Positions 24,750 to 39,234 of a DNA stretch of 64,000 nucleotides are shown here, piece by piece. Origin of the DNA: Eledone cirrhosa (lineage: Eukaryota); NCBI GenBank assembly GCA_964016885.1, contig CAXHJY010001213.1, positions 11,312-75,311 of the forward strand. Reading direction: 5' to 3'. The first letter of the stretch is position 1, and each line of letters begins with the position of its first letter. The notes under the pieces were generated by a model that saw only the letters and a list, made by a program, of their open reading frames with translations, was not told the DNA's origin and made no database searches. The position numbers and the translations under genes were made by a program.

Positions 24750-25625
24750 GTCTATTAATTTGTAAGGTGAGCAAATGGGGTCCCACGTGCTGGCATCCCC
24801 ACATCCCCTGCGGACAAGATGAAGAAGGTATTTCTCCGGCGGTTGGTAAGGGAGATGCGCTGGAAGAGCCATTCCAACTCGCGAGGCTCACACCTGCGGC
24901 TGGCCATCTCAGCACCTATGGTGGTGAATAGGGAGGTAGCCCTAGGGCCAAGGACACCAGAAGTCTCCACTGCCAAGGGCACGACCGCGAACCTATCGGA
25001 GAGTGACCGGTACTTGGAGAGTTTGGCCTCCTCAGCCCGACGTGCAGCAGTACCTGGGTTAGTCGCAGACTGCACCAGCTTGCGGCTCGAGAAAGTGTCG
25101 CTGCAACTGGCATCCCAGACGAGCGATTTGCCACCGCGGAACGGGAAGATGGTCATACCGTCTGGCCTTTTGCCATCCCTCGGTCGAGCCCCACCGACTC
25201 GAGCTGGGAGGGGAAGTCTGCAGCGTCCAAGCCATGCTTATTGACCCCGTTGAGTGCAGCATGACGTAGAAAGCGGCCGGCACTGTGGTGACAGGAAAGC
25301 GAGTGGAAGCCGAAAGAGTCCACGGTGGATCCACAGCGACATTTATGTGGCTTGCAGATCCGGAGTCCAAACCTCAAGAAAACGCCGATGCGCAAGGCAT
25401 GGAGCAAGGCATGGAGCCAGGCACCACTGTGGGGTTTGGAGGCAGCGCGAAAACAGGCAAGGCGGTGCTGGTCGAGCTGGCGCGTGAGCCTGTCTGAGGC
25501 CAGGCTGCACTGGATGGCATCCCATACGCGTTGGGGGAGAAGGAGGAGGGACGTCTACTGGGGTAAGTCCCAGCCTGTCCCACGTCTCATAGGCGACCTC
25601 ACGCTCCCTGAACACAGAGGGTTCT
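24750..25625 (-). pseudogene. CRE-like non-LTR retrotransposon 3' fragment (zinc knuckle plus restriction-like endonuclease)
   Basis: CRCGSTVDSFGFHSLSC..RH, WDASCSDT, AEEAKLSKY, VPLAVETSG. Frameshifted paralogue of 48284-49324. Confidence 0.9.
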
Positions 25626-25678
25626 ATTATTTGCTCAAATAATTATAAATAATAAAATACTCAAAATTACATATGTAA

Positions 25679-25795
25679 ATAATTGTTTCTACTTTTGGCA
25701 CAAGGCCAACAATTATATCAGTGCATTACTGGTACTTTATTTTATCGACCCCGTAAGGATGAAAGGCAAAGTTAACCTCGATGGGATTTGAACTC
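25679..25795 (-). mobile_element. SINE family 1 partial copy
   Basis: Same core and tail motifs as other copies. Confidence 0.8.
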
Positions 25796-26451
25796 TGACG
25801 ATCTAAAAGCTGTACTAACTAGGCAATTTGATTTTCTGTTGGATTTTATAAAGTAATTCGATACAAAAAAATATCTGTAGTCTGTATCAGACTCACCGTT
25901 GACATAAGGAGAATAACTATGCTACAACTGTACCACGGCGCCAATCGCCAGTATAGATCTTATTCTGAATACTTACCATTGCGTACAGAGAAACCGTCGA
26001 TTTTTGTTAGGTTTCTTCATGAGTGACACTCGGAAGTCTCCTCCTATTGCGGAGTTTTCTTTTGCTTAAATTCTTTGTTTGTTATTTTTGAGATATTTTT
26101 TTTTACACGAAAACACCTACAATATTTCATCCTGTACCAGTGGTCACGTAGGAGAAGGCACACAGAGAACGAACGCTAGGGTCCCTGGAAAGCGAGAAGG
26201 ACCCTCCGTAGCTCAACGATGTTGATCGACGAGGTTTGAGGAAGCATTAAACAGGATCCCTGTCTCGTCTGGGTGACAGTGAATGGCTGAAGCTGCACAG
26301 GCGAGGGGAAGAGGCAGCTGCTACAGCGTCACATTAATAAAGCATTTGAAGTTTGTTGTGTAAGATAGACACAAGAGAAGTGGTGAAACATACCGCACCC
26401 TGAACATTTCCAGGCTTCCTATCTTTTTTAAGTAATACATACATACATACA

Positions 26452-26528
<77 letters not shown>

Positions 26529-26646
26529 TGTGTGTATATGTATATATGTATATATATATATACATATTTGCTCTACGGTTCTTATATATTTGATATTTAT
26601 CTCTATCGAGCCCTCTTTGGGTTTTAGTCTTCAAATTTATTATTAC

Positions 26647-26693
<47 letters not shown>

Positions 26694-27469
26694 AATAACA
26701 TAAATACATACATATATATATATATATAATATATATATACATGTATATATATATATACACACACTTAAGAAGTGGTGAAACATACCGCACCCTGAACATT
26801 TTAAGGCTTCCTATCTTTGTAAAGTAATATATACATACATATATATATATATATATATACCTTTATATATATATATATATACACATATATATATATTTCA
26901 GAGTAAAAAATAATTTATAGACGGCATTTCCATACCTGTCGGGACTCAGGAAATAGTAAAATATTTTTTAAAAATTTCAGTTAAGTGAAACAAATATTTT
27001 CTAGCTGGTTGTTTTCTTAATACTCAGCGAAATAGTTTACTTTACTTTTCTAACGAAACAAATTTCAGTTTTCGAAAGTTAAACAACGCCAACGTTTTGT
27101 TACTATGTTAGTTGCATTCCTACCAGTCTAACGCTTTGTGTTGTTGTTGCTATTGTCTAGAAGACATTTTATTTCTTATATCACTTTTTACTTCTGGAAT
27201 TAGTCTTGCTATTCGAGTGGCGAATTACTTCAACTTCTGTTCAACATCTCAGCTTCTATTCTTCGGTTTCTTTGGACTGTTTTTCAATCAAACCTACCCC
27301 AAGTCCCACACACACATTATATATAATAATATATATATATATTAATATATATATATATTAATATATATATATATTAAAATAACAGTTTAAAGTTTTAGCA
27401 AAGAATCGCTGCTTTCACCCTTAACCGGATCTTTGCTTAAACTTTAATCTGTTATTTTAATAAATATTT

Positions 27470-28733
27470 TTTCAATGACAAATATAACAAACTAGTGAAT
27501 ATCATAAACATGCATTTATTCAATATACACAAACAATTTTCGTAACATTATTCATTCCATTAACAAACATTTTGCTGCTGCATTTGAATCATTCGCTCTT
27601 TATAGAATCTGAAAGAAATAAAAAATGAGTTGTATTTTTCATCTGGACATCGGCAGATATGAACTAGAAAAAATCTATTTCCAACACATATTCACCGATG
27701 TCTAGATTAATAATATGTGTGTATGTATGCATGTGTGTGCGTTTCTTATCGAAGGCCTTCACTCCCGAGGGGAGCCATTGTGTATTGGTGTTCAGTCTTC
27801 TCCAGTTTTCGATTTTTTTTGGTATCGAGAGTAAATCTCTTGTCTTCTCGGAAGCCCCAGGTTTCCTGCCCTGGAAGAGCCTGGTCAAGAGTTCATACAG
27901 CGCGTGCGGCTGTACCGTACACCTTGCAACTAGGTTACAGGGGGTGTTTAAGAACCCAAGACTGCCTGGTAAACGTCGAAAACAAGGTGAAGATGACTGC
28001 TACTTCACACTAGTCTTCAAGACGGACTCAACTACAAACCATATCGGGTTACCCGTGGCAGTAGACTGATTAATTATTTCAAATCACATCTATTTATAAC
28101 CTTCTATAGACGTTATAAGCATTATGACGTCATAATGACAATAGGGAAAATTTTAAATGTTAAGTTTTCAATTATTTTTTTCTTCTTTTTTTTGCAAAAA
28201 AACAATATTTATTTATGAATAACTAATCCCCCCCCCTCACCTCCCCATTCTTCTTTGACACTAGAGTCGTTGCCATTCCCCACCGCCTTTCCGTTTTCTC
28301 TCTCGTTTTTTCTTTATATTTTCCTATTTTAGATTGCATTAATAAAGGAAAGAGTAATAAATAGATAAATAAATAAATAAAAGGGAAAGCAAAATGTTGT
28401 GTGGTGAGGATGAAACCCTGTACATATGGCCGGGTGGCATATTTCAGCTGTGTCTAGCAGACAAGGTGGCAAAAATATTGTCACAATGAACAATTGACGA
28501 TACCCATCATTCCTTTCAACTGGAGGACTCATTTCTCAGTTTTTGATGCTTTCGTCCCGATTTGACAGACGAAAACGACAGTCCGGGTATTGAACAGACC
28601 AAATGTTTGAATGTCGACTGACACAAAAAGGGGTCAGTCAATTTATGTCTTGTTCATTTTCCACTCCCTTACATTGTAAGAGTTAGATTTGACAAGTTTT
28701 CAGATTTAAATCAGGGGTTTGGAATTCAAGGAC
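27470..28733 (+). repeat. About 1.25-kb inverted duplication (partner at about 34781-35960)
   Basis: ORFs 27698+ and 35354- give almost identical peptides. 26990-27260 is also inverted at about 36985-37295. Confidence 0.9.
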
Positions 28734-28763
28734 TCAAAAGGTCCATTACGCCCTGGGGAAGAG

Positions 28764-28795
<32 letters not shown>

Positions 28796-29073
28796 CAGCT
28801 CACACCTATGCAGGTTTAGCTGGCCTCCTCCAAGGTTGGAGGTGTCTTGGGTAATTTAATGATAGGGACCACAGTCCTATTATCTCATTTCTACAGTTGA
28901 GTAAATTGGAGCAACGTGAAAAAAAGTGTCTTGCTCAAGGAAACAACACATCACCCGGTCCGAGAATTGAACTCACAAACTTTTAATTGCAAGCCTAATG
29001 CTCTAACCACTAAGCCATGCGCCTTCACAAGAGGTACTGTTGACTAAAGGTGAGGCATGATTTCCACCATTTA

Positions 29074-29262
29074 TAATTGTTTCTACTTTTGGCACAAGGC
29101 CAGCAATTTACTCAGTACATTACTGGTATTTTATTTTATAGACCCCGTAAGGATAAAAGGCAAGGTTAATCTCGACAGGATTTGAACTCAGACCGTAAAG
29201 GGACGTAACTATGCTGGAAAGCATGGCGTCCGACCCTCTACCGATACAGCAAATTTCCACCA
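29074..29262 (-). mobile_element. SINE family 1 copy with probable target-site duplication
   Basis: Full head and tail. TTTCCACCATTTATAAT occurs at both flanks (about 29061 and 29254), partly overlapping the element ends. Confidence 0.8.
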
Positions 29263-29279
29263 TTTATAATGATAATCTG

Positions 29280-30265
29280 CAATACAGCTGAAAATCTCCC
29301 GGAACAGACTAGTGACTGGTTAGTTCGTTATCGTCGACGCCGAGATCGCCCCACCCTCGAGAACGTCGTCGTACTTGTCCACCACCAGTCCTCTATAGAA
29401 CTCTAATGTAGTATGCCCATTGACCGCAATGCCCAATTAGTAGACGGCTGTGTGCGCTTGACAAAATTCCTGATAGCAGGCACCCAATCTTGGTCTTTGC
29501 TTGATCTACGATTGCATCTCAGTCAAAGAGACAACTTACGGAAAGAGGTGCCTTACATACGACGACCACACCTGTTAACCGGTCAGACAATAGGTAGTAG
29601 GTGACAGATGCGATGTACGCATTCGCCATCTGTGGCCGACCCTTCAGAGATAGCTTTCTCACTGCCCAATTTTGGATGCGCTTGGTCACTCTGCTTGTTA
29701 CCTTCAAGTTTCTATTCATTTGGAGGTCTGGATCAAACGAAACCCCGAACAATTTAACCGGCCCACCAGTCCATCGCCTGACGACGCTGTTGGAATGTAT
29801 AGATTCGTTTCTCCAGGTACTGAGTCGTAGGCACAGATTTAGCCTAGTGAAATTTTATCCCTGTTAACGTTTCATATACCCTGAGAGCGTTGCCCATCAC
29901 TGTAGTTGACGTCGTAGGTATACGCTGACACGGATCTCCCACAACTTAGTTCCCACAAGCTGCCTCTCAACGTCTCCAGTTTGTACAGTAGTGGTTCGAG
30001 AGCCAGCACATACAACAGGGACGAAAGGCAACAACCTTGGCGGACTAAGCGCATGATGTTGAACTCTGACCTCAGAGTAAATGTTGCTGTGCATATACGA
30101 AATCTCTCGTTCAGCCTCTCTCTGGCTATCTTTCCCTCTCTCACTATATATAGTCATTACCACACCAGAGGTCCGACGAGCTTTTGATTCCAGAGTCGGG
30201 CCAAATCGATACAGATTGAACCTTGAGCTGATCAACAGCGAAACACGCGTCACCACTCAATAAAT
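29280..30265 (-). pseudogene. Tx1/L1-clade reverse transcriptase fragment
   Basis: VRQGCCLSSLLYVLALEPLL, VSAYTYDV (degenerate YADD), WAVRKLSLKGR; multiple frameshifts. Confidence 0.85.
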
Positions 30266-30293
30266 ATAATGAAGACATAACAAATCGCCCTTT

Positions 30294-30361
<68 letters not shown>

Positions 30362-31145
30362 TATAAGATGTAGATTGAGGGATTTTTCGCTGCTATTGAG
30401 TGCACAATATATATTTATTGAATTAATATAAATATGTATATAGTTTAATTATATACTGGTGGTGCTATTAAGTTAGAGATGGCCTGGGCCAATACTGGCC
30501 GAAATCTATCAAAGTTATTAAAGTTATTATATTTATTTATGCATAATTGTTTTTATTAGGAATTCTAATATAAATTCAATTTAGTTATAAAGGGAAAACA
30601 TATTCTGCTAATCTTTGCGTACACAGAAAAAAATATGAAGCAAAAGAAAAGAAAAAAGAAAACAAAGATTGTCTTGATATGTAACACATCTAATAGGATC
30701 TGGTAAATCGATGGAAAATTGGCTGCTATTTCTAGCAAATAGAGCCACTACCCAAAGAGATGGTCATGAGAGCGCAGAGACTATCTTATCTATTATGCAT
30801 ACAATCAATGACATCCATGTGTTTATATGGGTATCTGAGACTACATTGTTTAATGTGTGTCCTTCGTTGTTTGAAAACATAGCAGGAGGTAAATTTGGCT
30901 GCTATTTTTAGCAAAATCATAAAGAATCATGTCAGCAAAAAACAAAAAAAAAATTTCAAGGGAGGCAACTCTGATTAATATTTTCAGAAAAATTAGAAAA
31001 ATTTTTCGGAGAATGCTAATTAACTGACGTCGCTATTGTGTCAATTTTACCAACTAATTTTCTATTTTTTGCATTTTTTATTTAAAATCTTTGAAGTTTT
31101 AGTTTATCAATGTTGCTGGGGGTTGTTTAAGATTACACCGCTATA

Positions 31146-31187
<42 letters not shown>

Positions 31188-31620
31188 TTTTAAGTATAAA
31201 TGATGAAAATAGCTATTTACATATGAAGCAAGAACTGAAAAGACGCAGAGAGAATAAAAATTAAGGGGTAATCTGAAGAAATGATAGGGTATAAGACAAA
31301 ATTACATTCAATCTGCCCCAGAGGATAAGTTGAAATCGATTCATCCAAATTACAGTAATTTGAAGACGATTTCAAGTTATCGGGGTGTTTGGTGTGGTGG
31401 GAGTAACATGGGTGTTGTGATTAAAGCATGTTTCATCAGAAATCACTACCCTCATGTCATATTTAGATTGACACCGGTAATTCCCGAAATATTTATGGGA
31501 GGGGTAAATAGTTTTTTGTTGTCTATCTTAGCTTGTTGAATTCATAGAAGCTAACGTTAACATGTTTATTATATTCTTATGTCCACATTCACATGCAAAC
31601 ACATATAAATGTATGTGTGT

Positions 31621-31660
31621 GTGTGTTGATGAAGGACTAGCGTCCGAAACGTTAAGACAC
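31621..31660 (+). ncRNA. Degenerate minimal PLE-type hammerhead
   Basis: GTGTG TTGATGA A GGAC-TAGC-GTCC GAAA CGTT AAGACAC. The first core C is missing or changed and stem I is imperfect. Confidence 0.6.
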
Positions 31661-31779
31661 CTTCCTGCTATTTCAAGCGTTAACCTAATATATTCCTTTC
31701 ATATACTGTACCGATTGTGTTGTTATTTCTGTTTACCTATTACACACACACACATATATATATATATATACATATATCC

Positions 31780-32261
<482 letters not shown>

Positions 32262-32289
32262 ATCAAAAGATGGTTAAAAGAGTTCCATG

Positions 32290-32360
32290 TATTTTATTAT
32301 GCGCATTTCAAAAACAAATATCATCATGCAATAACATTTGTGTTTTCATCAGATAAAATA
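32290..32360 (-). ncRNA. Type I hammerhead (left arm)
   Basis: Reverse complement of 32418-32488. Confidence 0.85.
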
Positions 32361-32417
32361 GGAAGACATGATATGATGGTTAAAAAAGTGTTTTTTAACC
32401 TTCATAACATGTCTTCC

Positions 32418-32488
32418 TATTTTATCTGATGAAAACACAAATGTTATTGCATGATGATATTTGTTTTTGAAATGCGCATAATAAAATA
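32418..32488 (+). ncRNA. Type I hammerhead (right arm)
   Basis: TATTTTAT CTGATGA [stem II of about 36 nt] GAAA TGCGCA TA ATAAAATA: 8-bp stem I, palindromic stem III, AUA site. Confidence 0.85.
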
Positions 32489-32734
32489 CATGGAACTCTT
32501 TTAACCATCTTTTGATCTTATATATTATGTATACTCCAGTCCTACAAACTGTAGAGTGCTTCTTATCCGATATCTGCATTGCTTTATTGTACTACAATAA
32601 AACTCACCTCCTACATATATATATATATGAAAAATATGGGTGAGAAGAATACTGCTGGTTGCACATGGATAACATGTTATAAAATGAGTCCCTCATCAGT
32701 GATTTACCAAACGATCATGGGTATTTCATCGCAT

Positions 32735-32752
32735 TTATATATATATATATAT

Positions 32753-32797
<45 letters not shown>

Positions 32798-34360
32798 GGA
32801 AATAATTCCCATACATATGTTTTTCTATAATTCTGAAGAATATTTTAGAAAAAAAAAAAAAAAATAAATTGGGTAAATGCTGTGGCTGATAATGCCTTTG
32901 AATTAATTTCTGTAAAAGATATTAATATAAAAAACAAACAAACAAATCTTATAGATTCTATTTTTTTGAAAATTATAGTTGTTTGGGGTTGTTTCAGACC
33001 ACAACCCATACAATAAAGTCCTTGCTAGGTCTGACCCAGATGCGTTATGGTTAATAGTTTGTTCCAGGCTTGGCCAACAAACATGGAGTGGCTAATTTGA
33101 TTCGTATCTCTTCAGTTCTTTTAGCAATACAGTTTGTTAAACGTATTATTTGTTTCCCATACGAATCTTCAGCAACCCTCCACCTGATCTTTTGTAATAG
33201 TCTTTTACATAGATTGAGCCTTTTACATTGAAGCTCCTATAGACTAACTTGGGATCCCATAGTGGCCGATGGCATCTTCTTTTTCCGTCTATTAAGGGTC
33301 TTCCCCCTATTTTATAAGCTACTTCATCGCATCTCTACGGATGAGAACACCATCCTTTACAATATTAATTCAATAAAAATTATATATTGGTTTTGGTTTA
33401 AATTAAAACGCAGAAAAATAATCATATATTATATTTGGCTTCAATGAAATAGAAACAGAAAAAGTCCAAGCAATGATACATAAATCCTTACTGTTATACA
33501 TTAGTTAATTGAAAGTACATTTAATTGTGAATAAAAAAATAAAAAAATTAACTTGATAACTTGGTAAGTCCTGGCGAAGATTCGTAACCGTCATTATTGA
33601 TTTAATTATATTATTTTTTATTTAAAATAAAGTACCAGTAATGTACTGGGTAATTGCTGGTCTTGTGCCAATAGTAGAAGCAATTATTTTTTATTTAAAG
33701 GCGGTGGATTGGCAGTATTGGTAGAGCGTCGCACAACAAGCTTAGCGACATAGAGTTACGACCCTTTATGTTCTGAGTTCAAATCCCGCCGAGGTTAGTA
33801 GTGGGGTTGATTTAATCGACTTTCCCTCCCTTAAAATTGTTGGCCTTGTGTCTAAATAGAAACAATTATTTTTTATTTAAGTGCAATAAATAAAATAATA
33901 TACATAATTGTTTCTACTTTTGGCACAAGGCCAGCAATTATCTCCGTGCATTACCGTACTTTATTTTATCGATCCCGTAAGGATGAAAGGCAAAGTTAAC
34001 CTCGAAGGGGACTTGAACTCAGATTGTAATTCTATGCTGCAAAGCATGGCGTCCGACCCTCTAACGATACTGCCAATAATAATAATTTGTTTTATTTCAC
34101 AGAAAAAAATAATATATTTAAATGAATTTATAGATGAGATTTCAATACCTGTCGGGACCGAGGAAAGAATGAAATAATTAGTTTTAAAATTTCAGCTGAG
34201 TAAAACTTTATATACAATTATTTTATTTAGATGAGGTGTCTCAAACATGTTGCCGGCAAACTACTTTTCTATGGCCCACAGCAGAACAATTTTCGCGACA
34301 ATTTAAGGAAAATGTTCAACGGAAAAATGTTCCCCCTATATATTATATTAATTCAAGTAT
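32735..34360 (+). repeat. Segmental duplication copy 2 of 19827-21440
   Basis: Near-identical, with indels inside the SINE portion. Confidence 0.92.
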
Positions 34361-34780
34361 CTCACTTACTGACATGCATATTCATTTTGATGAAAAATAA
34401 ATGAAAGAATATATAAATAAATAACAGTCTATCAGCTGTGTGAAGGCACGTGGTCTTGTGGTAATCGTGATATCGTAGGTTCGATTCTTGAGCTGGGTTG
34501 TGTGTTGTGTTCTTCGCGTTGCTCCAGTGTACTCAGATGAAAACGAGTACCAGCAATAGCTGGGAGTTTAACTTTGCGATGGACTGGTGTCCTGCCCATG
34601 GTTGGGGCGGGGGGACTTGGACTCTCAGTCGCTTCACACTAGCAACGGCTCAACGTGCTGCTTGCAGCGTACGAGGGCAAGCATGCTATCAGCTGTATTG
34701 TAGATTAACATTATAAAAGATGGAAATCACGCCCTACCCACCACCTAATTTCACTTTTCGTCAACAGTACCTCTTCCCCA

Positions 34781-35960
34781 GTCCTTAAATTCCAAACCCC
34801 TGATTTAAATCTGAAAACTTGTCAAATCTAACTCTTACAATGTAAGGGAGTGGAAAATGAACAAGACATAAATTGACTGATTTCTTTTTGTGTCAGTCGA
34901 CATTCAAACATTTGGTCTGTTCAATACCCGGAATGTCCTTTTCGTCTGTCAAATCGGGACGAAACCATCAAAAGCTGAGAAAGGAATCCTCCAGTCAAAA
35001 GGACTGATGGGTATCGTCAATTGTTCATTGTGGCAATATTCTCGCCATCTTGTCTGCTAGACACAGCTGAAATATGCCACCCGGCCATACGTACATGGTT
35101 TCACCCCCCAACTCCACAGCCTTTTTTCCTCCCATTTATTTATTTATTTATCTATTTATTTATTTATTTAATTTTTTTTTTAGTTATTCATAAATAACGA
35201 TTTTGTATTTTTGCGAAAAACAAACAAAGAAAAAAAAAACAAAAAAAATAATTGAAAACTTAACATTTAAAATTTTCCATATTGTCATTATGACGTCATA
35301 ATGCTTATAACGTCTATAGAAGGTTATAAATAGATGTGATTTGAAATAATTAATCAGTCTACTGCCACGGGTAACCCGATATGGTTTGTAGTTGAGTCCG
35401 TCTTGAAGACTAGTGTGAAGTAGCAGTCATCTTCACCTTGTTTTCGACGTTTACCAGGCAGTCTTGGGTTCTTAAACACCCCCTGTAACCTAGTTGCAAG
35501 GTGTACGGTACAGCCGCACGCGCTGTATGAACTCTTGACCAGGCTCTTCCAGGGCAGGAAACCTGGGGCTTCCGAGAAGACAAGAGATTTACTCTCGATA
35601 CCAAAAAAATTCGAAAACTGGAGAAGACTGGTGAACACCAATACACAATGGCTCCCCTCGGGAGTGAAGGCCTTCGATAAGAAACGCACACACATGCATA
35701 CATACACACACATTATTAATCTAGACATCGGTGAATATGTGTTGGAAATAGATTTTTTTCTAGCTCATATCTGCCGATGTCCAGATGAAAAATACAACTC
35801 ATTTTTTATTTCTTTCAGATTCTATAAAGAGCGAATGATTCAAATGCAGCAGCAAAATGTTTGTTAATGGAATGAATAATGTTACGAAAAATTGTTTGTG
35901 TATATTGAATAAATGCATGTTTATGATATTCACTAGTTTGTTATATTTGTCATTGAAAAA
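34781..35960 (-). repeat. Inverted duplicate of 27470-28733
   Basis: Reverse-complement similarity throughout. Confidence 0.9.
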
Positions 35961-36114
35961 ATAGTAGAGAACTTTCGTTACAGCACTATATATATATATA
36001 TATATATTAATATAGCGGCGATGAATTAGTTTATTAATTCTGGCAATATTACGCAAATATGACCCTCCCCAAGTATAACAATATATTAATATATATATTA
36101 TATATATATATATA

Positions 36115-36290
36115 TTGGCAGTATCGGTAGAGGGTCGGACGCCATGCTTTCCAGCATAGTTACGTCCCTTTACGATCTGAGTTCAAATCCCGCCGGGGTT
36201 GACTTTGCCTTTCATCCTTACGGGGGCGATAAAATAAAGTATCAGTAATGCACTGGGTAATTGCTTGCCTTGTGCCTAAAGTAGAAACAT
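36115..36290 (+). mobile_element. SINE family 1 copy
   Basis: TTGGCAGTATCGGTAGAG..GAGTTCAAATCCCG..GCCTTGTGCCTAAAGTAGAAAC. Confidence 0.85.
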
Positions 36291-36404
36291 ATATATATAT
36301 TTATATATATTTATATATATATTTATTTATATATATATATTTATATATATATATATATTTATTTATATATATATATTATTTATATATATATATTTATATT
36401 TATA

Positions 36405-36548
36405 TATATTTATTAAAATAACAGATTAAAGTTTAAGCAAAGAATCGCTGCTTTTAACGGGATCTTCTGAAACTTTCAGAAGATCCCGTTAAGGGTGAAA
36501 GCAGCGATTCTTTGCTTAAACTTTAATCTGTTATTTTAATAAATATTT
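36405..36548. repeat. Palindrome with a degenerate hammerhead-like core; shorter relative at 27370-27468
   Basis: Arms TTAAAATAACAGATTAAAGTTTAAGCAAAGAATCGCTGC and its complement. The right arm has CAGAAGA TCCC-GTTAA-GGGT GAAA GCAGC. Confidence 0.7.
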
Positions 36549-36734
36549 GCTCTACGGTTCTTATATATTTGATATATATTTTCCTTATCGAGCCCTCTTT
36601 GGATTTTTCAATTTTATTATTATTACTATATATTTATATATATATATATAACACTTCTATTCATCTGAATTATCAATATTATACAACATTGCTTTATTGG
36701 TATTGATAATATATATATATATATATATATATGC

Positions 36735-36811
<77 letters not shown>

Positions 36812-36884
36812 CATATATACATACATACATACATATATACATATACATATACATATGTACATATACATATACACATATACATAT

Positions 36885-36935
<51 letters not shown>

Positions 36936-37399
36936 CAATACCAATAAAGCAATGTTGTATAATATTGATAATTCAGAAGAATAGAAGCTGAGATGTTGAA
37001 CAGAAGTTGAAGTAATTCGCCACTCGAATAGCAAGACTAATTCCAGAAGTAAAAAGTGATATAAGAAATCAAATGTCTTCTATATATTTTAAACCGTTTA
37101 TTTTAACTAAGAAAGATCGTTAACAACAGCAACAACAATACAAAGCGTTAGACTGGTTGGAATGCAACTAACATAGTAACAAAACGTTGGCTGGTTGTAA
37201 TGGCGTTGTTTAACTTTCGAAAACTGAAATTTGTTTCGTTAGAAAAGTAATGTAAAATATTTCGTTGAGTATTTAAGAAAACAACCAGCTAGAAAACAAA
37301 ATCTTTTCTAAACCTTGGACTTTATTTCAAAATCTACACTATATACGTCTTAGGGAAGAGGAACATCGGGCCAAAAGTGAGATTTCTACCAGATATAAG

Positions 37400-37960
37400 G
37401 CTGATACAGCTGAAAGGCTGCTATTTATTTATTTATTCCCCATCAAAATAAGACGTGGGATATTTGAATTAGTACAAGATGTACACCGTAATAACTAGAA
37501 TCCTAATTTGTTCCGCACAAAAATACCGAAAGTTAGCCTTGTTTAAGATCGAAGATCCAAGGACCATCATTTTTATGTCCATGGTTCCTGCTGTTTTGTG
37601 CATCTTCATCCCTATCTTCAGAGAGAGGAACATTGTCCCCATTTAACAATTCTCCCTAGAATTGTATTTCAGTCCACCAGCAAATCTTGCCTCGTCTGTG
37701 CCAACTATCTTACTCCGTTGAAGATGAGAAACGATGGTTTCACACACCCCTCGGCACATATACCATACAGTTATCGTACTGGAAGACTTTCCTATTAGAG
37801 TCACTGCGGTATCCATAGGTATTTCCATTACAAAAAAGAACACCAGTTTTAAAATTTCGCACAAACTCAGATTGCAGTAATCTGTTGTTCATGTCTGTAT
37901 AATCGGAAAATGAGTTTCTTTCCTTTTAAGGATAACGAAGTACAGGCCTGTATTCTCCAC
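37400..37960 (-). pseudogene. Merlin / ISXO2-like (IS1595 family) transposase remnant
   Basis: STITVWYMCRGVC..TDEARFAGGLKYN, then after a frameshift LLNGD..RNHGHKNDGPWIF, resembling the WYNxCREVC..IDE..KYNRGR..GPWVFG pattern. Confidence 0.7.
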
Positions 37961-38014
37961 CCCTGTCGGGCCTTTGTTTTTCTTGCATGACACTCCTGTA
38001 TCCAGGAGATTGTT

Positions 38015-38450
38015 GTCGTTCTTCTTGTTCGCCCACTTATTCTTGAGAGGGTGGTGGGGGCAGAGTCCACAAACACTCCTTCCAGCGAGTCCTGCCGCAA
38101 GCAGCCGTCTCCAACTGATCCGTCTGAATCCCCAAGCGAGACCAGCTGAGCTCTGAATGTTATCCAACCATCTTGTTCAGGGTCTACCCCTGGGTCTCCT
38201 GCCGGTTGGTTATGGTTATGCCTGTAAAATCTGTCCAGCGATTTTTTTCTAACCACATGCCCATATTATCGGAACTGTGATCTCTCAAACTCTATCGAGT
38301 AACGTTACCGGAAAGACCCTTCGAAGGAAGCCCATTTCAGTCGCTTGTGTTTGCGATCGTATTCTTTCGAAATCATCATGACCATAGGTAAAGGTTTGCA
38401 CGAATACCGAATTGAAGATAGCGAGTTTGGCTTTTTCACCCACTTACTTC
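38015..38450 (-). pseudogene. RTE-clade LINE 3' fragment (different family from 2483-6028)
   Basis: Degenerate RPRGRP.TRWLDNI...W C-terminus followed by an (AAG/AAC)-like tail. Confidence 0.7.
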
Positions 38451-39171
38451 TTCTTTTATTGAATGCTGAAGCTGGTGCATTAATTTTTTTAATTTTTTGT
38501 TAAAGCCAGTGTTGATTTATTGTTCCCAAACACATGTTTGAGTATTTTTCTATTGTTATTAAATATTGCAATGCAAAAGTACTCAGACATGACAGCCGTA
38601 ATAGGTAGCACCAACAATTACCACTACCATTACCAAGAGGAAGGCAACGACAGCAACAGTGACAATAACAACGACCCCGCATCTTGGGTGAAAGAAGGCA
38701 TTCGAACCCCAGCAACCAGCCTGGCAGCCAAAATAGGTATCGGTATCCACTACCATTAACAAGAGGAAGGATACATCAGCAGCAGTGACAATAACGACAA
38801 CAACATATATGTCTATACACCAACATCTTACCAGCAACCACTACCACCACCATTAACAAGAGGAAGCCAACTCCAGCATCAGTGACAATAACAACCTTTG
38901 GGTCATTCCACTGGGAACTACCCCCTGTTTTCTTTTTGTACATTCATCCATTCATTCATTTATTTATTTGCTAACTTTCTACTTTTGTGTGTGTCTTCCT
39001 CCATGCAACGCCCTTCTCTTTTATTTTGTCTTCTGTCGCCTCCATATCTGATGTAGGTGAGCTATGAAACCTCACTCATACCAACACTTTCCTTTCCACC
39101 CACATGCAATTGTGCCTAGCACCTAGGCTGTGACAACCAACCACTCACTCCTGACGCCACAACCCCTGCTC

Positions 39172-39234
39172 CACCGGGGCTGTGGGGAGGCCAGTACGTG
39201 GGACCCCATTTGCTCACCATACGGATTAATAGGC
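39172..39234 (+). mobile_element. Extreme 3' end of the CRE-like element
   Basis: CCGGGGCTGTGGGGAGGCCAGTACGTGGGACCCCATTTGCTCACC matches the reverse complement of about 24765-24812. Confidence 0.75.

Noticed and set aside
27698-28069. 123-aa ORF duplicated at 35354-35728
   Set aside because: It starts in low-complexity sequence and has no recognisable domain; its conservation reflects recent duplication. It may be decayed retroelement ORF1 on the other strand, but I cannot support that.
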